A stretch of DNA of 24,000 nt from assembly GCA_963761675.1 (NCBI GenBank), contig CAVXIA010000015.1:62054-86053 (forward strand), read 5' to 3'. Every line of letters starts with the position of its first letter. Positions within the stretch are counted from its first letter, which is position 1. This document shows, piece after piece, positions 7,629 through 15,123 of this stretch. Position numbers and translations under genes: made by a program. The DNA comes from an uncultured Conexibacteraceae bacterium. Its GTDB lineage: Bacteria; Actinomycetota; Thermoleophilia; Solirubrobacterales; Solirubrobacteraceae. The notes beneath the pieces are model-generated. The model was given only the letters and a program-made list of their open reading frames with translations. It ran no database searches and was not told where the DNA came from.

Positions 7629-7871
7629 TCAGTGTGGACGGCGCTCGCTCCGCGCGTCGAAAGCTCGATGGCGACGGCACCAGTCGCGAAGCCGGCCAGG
7701 TTGCTCAGCCAGCGGCCGTGCCGGTCGCGCCATCGACCTGGCAGACGCTGCGTCACCGTCACCTGGCCTGCTGGTCGACAGGTGCGTGACGAACACGACC
7801 TCGTCGTAGCGGGCGCGGGGCGCCGGCATGCTCGCAATCAGTTGCAGTTGCGTGGTCGAAGCGATGAACAA
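7629..7871 (-). CDS. Hypothetical small protein; frame integrity uncertain
   Basis: TTG at 7871 lies 6 nt downstream of a perfect AGGAGG (complement of 7878-7883). The LacI-type palindrome sits 4 nt further upstream. The first ~35 codons look coding, but after that an overlapping frame looks more protein-like. Confidence 0.3.
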   Translation of the reverse strand: MFIASTTQLQLIASMPAPRARYDEVVFVTHLSTSRPGDGDAASARSMARPARPLAEQPGRLRDWCRRHRAFDARSERRPH

Positions 7872-7887
7872 GTTCTACCTCCTAGGG

Positions 7888-7901
7888 TGCAACCGGTTGC
7901 A
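7888..7901. promoter_or_regulatory. LacI-family operator-like perfect palindrome TGCAACCGGTTGCA (copy 1)
   Basis: Perfect 14-bp palindrome matching the TGNAANCGNTTNCA pattern of LacI/GalR operators. It lies just upstream of the SD of the small minus-strand ORF and is identical to the copy at 8991-9004. Confidence 0.55.
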
Positions 7902-7982
7902 AAGAACGGGACGAGAGCAGCCCCGCATCAGGCAGGGGGCGAATGGGGGAGACCGGCGGTGCGAAGAGTGATATCGGAGCTG

Positions 7983-8990
7983 TCATCGGGCGGAGTCCCT
8001 GACGACCAGCTCAGCGGGAAGCGATGTGCTGGTGATGGCACCCGTCTGCACGCGCTGAACCACGCCATCGGCGAGCAGTCGGCCGGCGAGCATCGCGTCC
8101 TGGCGAATCGTTGTCAGCGACGGCTTGACGTGGGCCGCGAGTGGCACATCGTCGTAGCCGACCACCGCGATGTCTCCCGGGACGCTGCGGCCGCTGTCGG
8201 CGATCACCTCCATCGCGGCGATCGCCATGACGTCGCTGTTCACGAACACCCCGTCGATCTCGGGTGCGCTGTCGAGCAACTCCGCCATTGCGACGCGGGC
8301 CGAGCCCTCCGACCACGCGGTGTGGGTGATCAAACCGGGATCCGGTGTGCGTCCGGCTGCCGCAAGGGCGGCCTCGTAGCCGCGCTGCCTCTCGGCGACC
8401 TCAGCCGCGTGCTTGGGGCCGCCGAGAAACGCGACCTTCTGGCGCCCGATGCCCAGCAGGTGCTCGGTCGCAAGGCGGCCTCCGCGGACGCTGTCGCCGC
8501 TGACTGAACAGAAGGAGCCATCGGAAGATGGCTGTCCCCAGACGATGAAGGGTGCGTCGGCGTCCCGCAGGGCGCGCATCTGCTGACGCGTGCACTGTGC
8601 CTCGAGCATGATGAAGCCGTCGGCGCGCCCGGTTTCCAGGTAGCGGCGCGGCCAGGAGACGTCGCTGGGCCCGACGTGAATCATCAGCAGGTCGTAATCG
8701 CTCCTGCCGAGTCCGGCGGAGATCCCGGTCATAAGTTCGAGCATGAAGGCGTCTGGCACGACGCTGCCGGCCTTGTAGCCGTAGGCGACCAGCGCGATCG
8801 CCCCACTCTGCTGGAGGCTCAAGCGGCGGGCCCGAGCGTCGACCTCGAAGCCGTGCTCCTTGGCGATGGCGCGCACCAACTCCTTTGTCTCAACGCTGAT
8901 CACGGGGCTGTCGTTGAGCGCCCGCGACACGGTGGATTTGGAGACCCCGGCCAGGCGGGCGATGTCGGCTATAGAGTTCACGCTCGCCAT
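7983..8990 (-). CDS. LacI family transcriptional regulator
   Basis: N-terminal HTH 'SIADIARLAGVSKSTVSRALNDSPVISVETKELVRAIAKEHGFEVDARARRL' followed by a periplasmic-binding-protein-like sugar-binding core ('IALVAYG', 'DGFIM', 'VAFLGGP', 'DIAVVGYDD'). Start is either ATG 8990 or ATG 9005. The track start at 9032 is less likely. Confidence 0.9.
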   Translation of the reverse strand: MASVNSIADIARLAGVSKSTVSRALNDSPVISVETKELVRAIAKEHGFEVDARARRLSLQQSGAIALVAYGYKAGSVVPDAFMLELMTGISAGLGRSDYDLLMIHVGPSDVSWPRRYLETGRADGFIMLEAQCTRQQMRALRDADAPFIVWGQPSSDGSFCSVSGDSVRGGRLATEHLLGIGRQKVAFLGGPKHAAEVAERQRGYEAALAAAGRTPDPGLITHTAWSEGSARVAMAELLDSAPEIDGVFVNSDVMAIAAMEVIADSGRSVPGDIAVVGYDDVPLAAHVKPSLTTIRQDAMLAGRLLADGVVQRVQTGAITSTSLPAELVVRDSAR

Positions 8991-9004
8991 TGCAACCGGT
9001 TGCA
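8991..9004. promoter_or_regulatory. LacI-family operator-like perfect palindrome TGCAACCGGTTGCA (copy 2; probable autoregulatory site)
   Basis: Identical 14-mer directly abutting ATG 8990 and overlapping ATG 9005 of the LacI-family gene. Confidence 0.6.
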
Positions 9005-9261
9005 TGGTACCGCCAATCGCGGCGGACGGCAACCGGCCACGGTGCGCCGCGGCAAATCAGCGCCCGACGGCAACCTGCGAGGGCTGCCTCGTGGGAAATC
9101 CCTTCCGGGCCTGGCGCGGATACCTCTCCAGGTCTCTGCTGGTGGAGTCTGCGGACGGGTGTCTCGCGCCGGCGGGCTGGGGCGGTCGATGGCCCCCGGT
9201 AGTGCGGCACGGCCTTCCCGGCCTCTCCGGGCGCGAGCGGGGCTTGGTGTGAGGGCGCTAT

Positions 9262-9301
9262 GCGGGGTGGGGCGGCCGCGCGAGGCGGCGCCCCACCCCG
9301 C
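9262..9301 (-). terminator. GC-rich hairpin downstream of the PLDc_N/SHOCT gene (terminator-like, no U-tract)
   Basis: GCGGGGTGGGGCG (9262-9274) is the perfect reverse complement of CGCCCCACCCCGC (9289-9301), with a 14-nt loop. The hairpin begins 7 nt past the stop codon at 9308-9310. Confidence 0.5.
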
Positions 9302-9307
9302 CCCAGA

Positions 9308-9718
9308 TCAGCTGCTGCTGCCGCTCAGGGCCTTTGCCTTGAGCGTGTCGAACTCCTCCTGCGTGATCGTGCCGCTGTCAAGCAGCTGCTTGGCGTTGGC
9401 GATCTCGCTCGCCGAGCCGCTGCTGCCGGCTGTCTGGCGAACGTAGTCGTCGAACTGCGCCTGAGCTTTCTGAGCGTCCTTGTTCTGACGATCGGCCATG
9501 CCGTTGTGGTAGGCGATCAGGTAGATCAGGACTCCCAGGAACGGGAGGATGATGATGAATATGACCCAGAAGGCCTTGCCCCACCCGGATATGTCCTTGC
9601 GGCGGATGAGGTCCATGAAGACCGTAATCGCGATCCAGATCCAGACGATGAACGCGAAGAAGATCAGCATTGACCACAGCACACCGAGGAACGGATACGA
9701 CGTTGCGGTGATAAGCAT
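9308..9718 (-). CDS. Small membrane protein with a PLDc_N-type N-terminal domain and a C-terminal SHOCT domain
   Basis: Two TM helices with 'FWVIFIIILPFLGVLIYLIAY' (PLDc_N pattern). The C-terminal 'AKQLLDSGTITQEEFDTLKAKAL' is the SHOCT pattern. I chose ATG 9718 as the start; the track start at 9784 adds a non-hydrophobic leader. Confidence 0.75.
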   Translation of the reverse strand: MLITATSYPFLGVLWSMLIFFAFIVWIWIAITVFMDLIRRKDISGWGKAFWVIFIIILPFLGVLIYLIAYHNGMADRQNKDAQKAQAQFDDYVRQTAGSSGSASEIANAKQLLDSGTITQEEFDTLKAKALSGSSS

Positions 9719-9944
9719 TTGGTTGGACTTACTCCCAGAATGGTTGTGGGAATTAACGGGATAGGACCTCCATCCCAGAGCCAACAGGGGCGAGGTCCCG
9801 ACTTTGTGATGCAGGACACTACCGCTTGGCGACGTCGAGTGTCTTCGGTGTGGTCCCGCAACGTCCAGGGCAGGGCCTCCGTGTGTCCCAGGGGCGCGGC
9901 CCCGAAGCGCGGAACCATCTGCGGCATGCCGGGGGTTATATGGG

Positions 9945-10154
9945 GTGATGAACGATTTTGATGAGTTCGTTGCCGGCAGCGTCGAGCCGCTGCTGAGGAC
10001 GGCCTACCTGATCACGTGGGACGGCGGCGATGCGGGCGCCGACCGCGCCGCCCTGCCCGAGCGGAGCCCGCTGCAGCTTCGGCTATGGCTCGAGCGGCGG
10101 GCCGGGCGCCGCCGCCGCCGGTACATCGTCTACGAGCGTCACAGGCTCGTCTGA
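9945..10154 (+). pseudogene. Probable remnant of an ECF (SigE-family) sigma factor gene
   Basis: The first ~28 codons, 'MNDFDEFVAGSVEPLLRTAYLITWDGGDA', match the characteristic N-terminus of actinobacterial ECF sigma factors (FxxFVxxxxxxLLRTAYLLTGD). The remainder is R-rich, non-sigma-like, stops at 69 aa and overlaps the RDD gene tail. Confidence 0.3.
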
Positions 10155-10712
10155 CTGAGCGCCTGAAGTCCCCGGGGTGGCCAGCGGGCCACCCCGGGGG
10201 GGCTGACCATGCTCGGAGTCGACAGCCTGCTGGCGGAGTTGCTCCCGGACGGCCTTCTCGGTCTCCTCGTCGATGTCCCAGCGCACCACGGTATCGGCCA
10301 TACGATCCTGGAATCCGCGCCGCCGCGGGTCGGTCAATATCGGTATCAGGCCGGCGCCGAGCGGGATGATCGCCAGGGTCAGGCCAATGAATCGGCGCAC
10401 GGCCTGCGTGAAGGTGACATCACCTCCGCCGACGCCGCTGAGCACGCGAATCCCGAGGATGCGATTGCCGACCGTCTGGCCGGTCAGTGCCCAGAAGGTC
10501 ACGAAATAGAACAGGCTCCATACCCACCAGGCTGCCGCGCCGAGCACAGCCCCGACGATGTCGATGTTCCCGCTCACGCCCAGCAGCGATGCGATCAGGT
10601 TGACCGCGCCGCCGAGCAGCACCGCAATCGCGTTGACGACGAGGGCGTCGATCAGAAACGCAACCCCGCGGGTCACGAGACCGACGTAGCCGACCGGCGC
10701 GGTACGAGTCAC
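10083..10712 (-). CDS. RDD family membrane protein
   Basis: 'GLVTRGVAFLIDALVV', 'TGQTVGNRILGIRV', 'RRRGFQDRMADTVVV' form the RDD-domain pattern with three TM segments, followed by a low-complexity C-terminal tail. The GTG start overlaps the upstream stop (GTGA). Confidence 0.8.
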   Translation of the reverse strand: MTRTAPVGYVGLVTRGVAFLIDALVVNAIAVLLGGAVNLIASLLGVSGNIDIVGAVLGAAAWWVWSLFYFVTFWALTGQTVGNRILGIRVLSGVGGGDVTFTQAVRRFIGLTLAIIPLGAGLIPILTDPRRRGFQDRMADTVVRWDIDEETEKAVREQLRQQAVDSEHGQPPRGGPLATPGTSGAQSDEPVTLVDDVPAAAAPGPPLEP

Positions 10713-11380
10713 TCGCCGGCCTGGGGCTCTCGTCGCCCGAGCAGGCGGCGGGCGATGCGCTCGGCAACATCATCCGCGACGACCGTCCGTGTTCGGACCC
10801 CGACGGCGACATCGTCCGCCAGGCCGACCGTCTGGCGGCGGAGCACCGCACGCAGCTCGGGCGAGCTCGTGACGTACTCGAGCACCTGTTGCATCTCCTC
10901 GCTCGCAAGCAGACGCGCGGTGATCTCTTCGAGCATGCGGCTGTCCATGACGCGATCGATCAAGCGATCGAGTCCGGGATCGTCGAGGGCGTTGCCGATC
11001 AGCGCCTCTGTGGCCGGGTGGTTGATCACGACGCTCACGATCCGGTCGAAGGCGCCGGAGCGCAGCAGCCGGTCGAGCAGCTCATCGCCGAGCCCTGAGC
11101 GGGCGAACTCGTCGGCCAGTGCCCGCGACAGCTGCGCCGCGAGCCGACGCGCCTGCGCAGCGGCGTCGGCGGTCACGAGCACGCCGTCCTGGCCCCATCT
11201 GTAGGAGACGGCGTCGGCGCGAGCACGCACCGGTGCCCACGGAGACGAGTTCCAGATCGCGGCCGCCGGCCATGCCGCAGCCGCCAGTGCCCGTGCGCCG
11301 ACGGCGACCGGGCGGCGCGAGCGTCGGGCCACGTTGGCCGTCGCGCCGACCACGACATACGGGATGGGAGCGCGTTTCAA
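10709..11380 (-). CDS. Hypothetical protein (helical, Leu/Arg/Asp-rich), translationally coupled to the RDD gene
   Basis: Long ORF with consistently G/C-rich third positions. I recognise no family. The exact start is uncertain (TTG 11380 or a downstream GTG). Confidence 0.55.
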   Translation of the reverse strand: MKRAPIPYVVVGATANVARRSRRPVAVGARALAAAAWPAAAIWNSSPWAPVRARADAVSYRWGQDGVLVTADAAAQARRLAAQLSRALADEFARSGLGDELLDRLLRSGAFDRIVSVVINHPATEALIGNALDDPGLDRLIDRVMDSRMLEEITARLLASEEMQQVLEYVTSSPELRAVLRRQTVGLADDVAVGVRTRTVVADDVAERIARRLLGRREPQAGE

Positions 11381-11477
11381 GGCGATGACGATCGGGTGGT
11401 TGTCGATGCCCCAAAGGGTACGCCCGCAGCGAAGAGCTTGGGCGGCCGACGCTCCTCGGTACGAATCTCGGCCATGC

Positions 11478-12272
11478 TCAGCTGGTCAGATGGACCGCGG
11501 CCTCCGGTGTGGCCACGTGGAAACTGAAGCTCTCCTGGAGGTAGAGGTTGACCTGCTCGGCATCGTGTGAGTCGTAGCCCAATGAGATGTCCTGGCCGCT
11601 GTCGAAGAGGAAGTCACCGCCGCGGCGGCTGAGCAGCACAGCGCCCTCGATGCCGGGAACCCACACGATCGGGCCTCCGAGCAGCAGTGACACGTGTTCT
11701 CTGAGCGGGTAACCGCCCGGCACGGGAGCGGTGCCCAGCAACCGGTAGTGATCCTGGCCGGCACCGAGTGCGTACGGTCCGTCGACTCCCGATCCGAGCA
11801 GCAATTCGATCGCCGCCGTCACACGTTCTGCGTAGTTCTCCGCTTTGATGCGCTTCAGCATCGCGTGCGGGGTGGCCGCGATCACCCCGTTGAACGTTCC
11901 GGCCCAGCCGCCGAAGACGGCGTCACCTTCGGCCCGTGCGATCTCGCGAGCGGCGGTGTCGAGCGGACCCAGATCGGCATCGTCGGCGCCGCGATCGACG
12001 TCCTGGAGCTCGCTTCGCGAAAGGCTGAAATCGGCGCGGAGCTCGATCAGCGGCAGGACGCGTCGTCGCAGCGCAGTCACCCCTTCGGGGCTGCCTTCGA
12101 TCGCCTCGACCCGCCCAAGGTTCGTCGATGAGTGTGACCAACCGCGAGGGCCGTCGAAGTCGACCAGCTTGCGCGCACCCAGAGCCGGGGTCAGGCGCTC
12201 GCGGGCCTCGTGGTCGAGCAGCTCCCAGCCGGCATCGCTGATCGGCGCGTGCGAACGAAGCAGATGATTCAC
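11478..12272 (-). CDS. Family 1 encapsulin nanocompartment shell protein (linocin M18-like)
   Basis: At 264 aa it is collinear with mycobacterial Cfp29-type encapsulin: 'LLRSHAPISDAGWELLDHEA', 'LIELRADFSLSRSELQDVDRGADDADL', 'GVDGPYAL', 'GYPLREHV', 'SRRGGDF', 'LGYDSHD...VNLYLQESFSF'. A GTG start sits in a GTGA overlap with the DyP stop. The SD GAGAGGAG lies 7 nt upstream. Confidence 0.92.
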   Translation of the reverse strand: MNHLLRSHAPISDAGWELLDHEARERLTPALGARKLVDFDGPRGWSHSSTNLGRVEAIEGSPEGVTALRRRVLPLIELRADFSLSRSELQDVDRGADDADLGPLDTAAREIARAEGDAVFGGWAGTFNGVIAATPHAMLKRIKAENYAERVTAAIELLLGSGVDGPYALGAGQDHYRLLGTAPVPGGYPLREHVSLLLGGPIVWVPGIEGAVLLSRRGGDFLFDSGQDISLGYDSHDAEQVNLYLQESFSFHVATPEAAVHLTS

Positions 12273-13282
12273 GCTGATGCTCCTCTCAGACCGCCGATCC
12301 CCAGCGATCCGTCGTGGTTTGTCGTCTCAGGTTCGATGACGGCGGCGCTCGGCTCGAGCGGGGGATCTGCCATGCCCGCGAGCTGATCCGTGGTGGGCAC
12401 GAAGAACAGTGTTCCCGTCACGGCGGTGGAGTAGTCGAGCACGCGGTCGTGATTGCCGGGCGGGTTGCCGATGAACATGTTGCGCAGCATCTGTTCGATC
12501 ACGCCCGGGTCAGACGCGTAGCCGATGAAATACGTGCCGAACTCGCCTGCCCCAACGCGGCCGAAGGGCATGTTGAAACGCACGATCTCGAGCTCCTCTC
12601 CGGTCTCATCGACGATCGTGTTGAGTGCGACGTGCGAGTTCGATGGCTTGACGTCGTCAGGCAGCTCGATATCGCTGAGCTTCGTGCGTCCGATCACGCG
12701 CTCCTGTTCCTCGACCGAAAGGGAGTCCCAGGCCGCCAGGTCGTGCAGGTACTTCTGGACGATCACGTAACTGCCCCCGGCGAACCCCGGATCCTCGGCG
12801 CCGATCGTGACCGCGGTCCTCGCCGCTTCGCCCTCCGGGTTCTCGGTGCCGTCGACGAAGCCGAGCAGGTCGCGCTCGTCGAACGAGCGGAATCCATGGA
12901 CCTCGTCGACGATTCGGACCAGCCCGCCCAGCCGTTCGGCGATCCGCTGCGCGAGCTCGAAGCAGAGATCAAGCCGGCGCGCACGGATGTGGAAAAGGAG
13001 ATCGCCCGGGGTGGAGGCCGCCGTGTGGGCTGCGCCGGAGAGCGGGACGAAGCGATGCAGCCCCAGCGGCTTCGGGCACAGAGGGCCCAGGCGATCCCAG
13101 AGGTCTGAGCCGATCCCCACCACGCAGCTGAGGCACGCCTCGGGGATGCGGAAGCCGACGGAGCGCTTGAGACCGGGAATGTCGGCGAGCGCGTCACGGA
13201 GCTGATCCTCGTCACCGGCCGGGGCGATCATCACGAGAAAGATCGCCGCCTCCGTCGATGGTTGAAGGATCGTCTGCTGCAT
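12269..13282 (-). CDS. DyP-type (dye-decolorizing) peroxidase carrying a C-terminal encapsulin targeting peptide
   Basis: 'AAIFLV', 'GFVDGTENP', 'GGSYVIVQKYLHDL', 'SHVAL', 'IVRFNMPFG', 'GTYFIGY' are DyP motifs. A flexible P/A/E linker is followed by 'DGSLGIGGLRG'. Start is ATG 13282 (MQQTILQP...) or GTG 13315. Confidence 0.9.
   Translation of the reverse strand: MQQTILQPSTEAAIFLVMIAPAGDEDQLRDALADIPGLKRSVGFRIPEACLSCVVGIGSDLWDRLGPLCPKPLGLHRFVPLSGAAHTAASTPGDLLFHIRARRLDLCFELAQRIAERLGGLVRIVDEVHGFRSFDERDLLGFVDGTENPEGEAARTAVTIGAEDPGFAGGSYVIVQKYLHDLAAWDSLSVEEQERVIGRTKLSDIELPDDVKPSNSHVALNTIVDETGEELEIVRFNMPFGRVGAGEFGTYFIGYASDPGVIEQMLRNMFIGNPPGNHDRVLDYSTAVTGTLFFVPTTDQLAGMADPPLEPSAAVIEPETTNHDGSLGIGGLRGASA
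12272..12313 (-). other. Encapsulin cargo-loading (targeting) peptide at the DyP C-terminus
   Basis: The last 14 codons encode DGSLGIGGLRGASA, matching the SLxIGSLKG-type targeting peptide consensus of DyP cargo proteins. Confidence 0.8.
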
Positions 13283-13438
13283 CACGCTCGCGCCCGTCTC
13301 GTCGCTCACTCGCACTCACTGTAAGACTTCGCGGCGATCGACGGCAACGCTGGGGGAGGATTCTGGCTGACATCGAATCAGTACAGCCGGGGCCGCGCCC
13401 AGTCCTGAGCGCCCGTCGGCGCCTGCTTACATGGAGAC

Positions 13439-14632
13439 ATGGCCAGATATCGGTCCGTGCTCACGGCGCCGGGCTGCTTCCGGCTGCTGAGCACCGCACT
13501 CCTGGGACGACTGCCACAGGGCATGTCGGCGCTTGCCGTGCTCCTGCTCGTGCGCGACACCACGCACTCCTACGCGGCTGCGGGCATCGCCGTGGGAGCG
13601 AACGCGTTGGCCACCGCCGCCGCCGCGCCGGTGCTTGGTCGGATGGTCGACCGCGTGGGCCGGCGGTGGGTCGTGGGACCGGCCGCTCTGCTGCAGGGCG
13701 CCGTATACATCCTGCTGGCACTGGCAGCAGATGCAGACGCGCCCACGCTCGCATTGGTCGCATGCTCGGCATTGGCGGGGGCGCTGACGCCGCCGATCGC
13801 ACCGGTCGTGAGGACGCTGCTGCGCGACGTGTTCGACGAGCCCTCGGTGCGTGAAACGGCCTACGCACTCGAAGCGATCGCCCAAGAGACGATTTGGGTC
13901 GTCGGTCCACTGCTGGTGACGGTGATCATCACCACGTTCTCGCCAAAGGCCGCCGTGCTGACGCTCAGCGTCATCGGCGTACTGGGGACACTCCTGTTCC
14001 TGCGCTCGCCGCTGCTCGACGCTGTGCCGGAGCACGAGCACCAGCACCGGCACGCCGGCTCCGCCCTGGGGAGCATCGACCTGCGCTGGCTGTTGATGCC
14101 GGTGACCCTGATGGGCTTCGGGCTGGGCGCCGTCGAGGTTGGAATTCCGGCCCTGGCATTGCAGAACGGCTCGCAGGCGGCGTCCGGCTACCTGCTCGCG
14201 CTGTGGAGTCTCGGCAGCATGGCCGGCGGAATTCGATACAGCACTACACATTGGCGATCGCCCTTGGGCTCCCGATACTGCATGCTCCTGCTGCTGGACT
14301 GTGGCGTGACGATCCCGCTGCTGGCGGCCAACTCGATCGCCGCCGCCGGAGTCGCCAGTTTCATCGCCGGACTGGCGGTGGCCCCGGTGTTCTCCTGTCA
14401 GTACCTGCTGGTCGGTCAGGTGGTACTACCCGGAACCGAGCACGAGGCCTTCAGCTGGTTGCTGTCAGGTCTGATCGGCGGGCTAGCGGCCGGCTCTGCC
14501 CTGGGCGGCGTGATCATCGGGCCGCTGGGCGTGCGCGCACCGTTCGTGATCGCCTGTGTGGCCGCAGCCCTCGCAGCCGCGAGCGCGACTCGCTTCCGAG
14601 GCCGATTCGCCGCGGGCGTAGCTCTCGCCTGA
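13439..14632 (+). CDS. MFS transporter
   Basis: About 12 hydrophobic segments. The loop motif 'GRMVDRVGRRWVV' between TM2 and TM3 is the MFS signature (G-x-x-x-D-R-x-G-R-R). Confidence 0.85.
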   Translation: MARYRSVLTAPGCFRLLSTALLGRLPQGMSALAVLLLVRDTTHSYAAAGIAVGANALATAAAAPVLGRMVDRVGRRWVVGPAALLQGAVYILLALAADADAPTLALVACSALAGALTPPIAPVVRTLLRDVFDEPSVRETAYALEAIAQETIWVVGPLLVTVIITTFSPKAAVLTLSVIGVLGTLLFLRSPLLDAVPEHEHQHRHAGSALGSIDLRWLLMPVTLMGFGLGAVEVGIPALALQNGSQAASGYLLALWSLGSMAGGIRYSTTHWRSPLGSRYCMLLLLDCGVTIPLLAANSIAAAGVASFIAGLAVAPVFSCQYLLVGQVVLPGTEHEAFSWLLSGLIGGLAAGSALGGVIIGPLGVRAPFVIACVAAALAAASATRFRGRFAAGVALA

Positions 14633-14947
14633 GGCGTCGGGCTCGTCAAGCATCGCCATCAGCTTGGTGATCACGAAGCCGAGGCAGCCGATCTCCACGA
14701 CGAGAGTCGCGCCGACCAGCCAATAGGACGGCGACAGCGCAAGCGCGATGATCCCCGCGATCACCAGCAGCATCGGCATGCCGACGCCATAGATCAGCCT
14801 GAGATCGCTCCCGAGGGCGCGATCGAGTCGAGTGTCGAGCCGCCTCAGCGGGTCAATCTGATGGCCGCTGCCTGTAGTGCGCGATTGGTTGGTGTCTGCC
14901 CTCGGGCGCTGCGCCGGGGTCGCCGGTTGGGGTATGGCCACCTGCAT
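14483..14947 (-). CDS. Hypothetical small membrane protein (two TM helices)
   Basis: ATG 14947 is preceded by GAGGAGG with 5-nt spacing. The hydrophobic core reads 'GVGMPMLLVIAGIIALALSPSYWLVGATLVVEIGCLGFVI'. The ORF has no stop until 14483, so it overlaps the MFS 3' end. Confidence 0.5.
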   Translation of the reverse strand: MQVAIPQPATPAQRPRADTNQSRTTGSGHQIDPLRRLDTRLDRALGSDLRLIYGVGMPMLLVIAGIIALALSPSYWLVGATLVVEIGCLGFVITKLMAMLDEPDASGESYARGESASEASRARGCEGCGHTGDHERCAHAQRPDDHAAQGRAGR

Positions 14948-15123
14948 GAGAGCCTCCTCGTATCCGATGCGCGTGACGCTACGCTCCCGCTGAGAGGCGC
15001 CCATCCGGGTCTTCACGCCTCAGCGAGAGGATGTGACCTCGGCTGCGGTGCGGCAAATCACGGGTCGGGCACGGTGGTTGTCGCTCGTGCTGATCCGTGC
15101 GGGGACCGCCGTTTTGTGAGCGC

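Noticed and set aside
8991-9032. Track start (9032) for the LacI-family regulator, giving the N-terminal extension MPSAAIGGTMQPVA.
   Set aside because: The HTH begins right after MASVNSIADIA, and family members normally start within a few residues of the HTH. The extension would also require translation through the palindromic operator. I kept 9005 as an alternative.
9719-9944. A 225-nt leader/divergent region upstream of the PLDc_N/SHOCT gene examined for a riboswitch (ZTP, guanidine and c-di-AMP types considered).
   Set aside because: It contains some GC-rich stems, but I could not match any riboswitch consensus by eye. A covariance-model scan (Rfam/Infernal) would be needed, so I make no claim.
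9308-9950. Visibly lower G+C around the PLDc_N/SHOCT gene as a sign of horizontal acquisition.
   Set aside because: Third codon positions in the gene remain mostly G/C. The dip is explained by the Ile/Phe/Lys-rich membrane protein composition and by an ordinary intergenic promoter region. There are no flanking repeats or mobility genes.
12269-13315. Longer DyP start at GTG 13315 (MRVSDETGASV...).
   Set aside because: It is not excluded. However, DyP homologs typically begin a few residues before the 'AAIFLV' strand, and ATG 13282 gives that. Neither candidate has a strong SD, so the call remains tentative.
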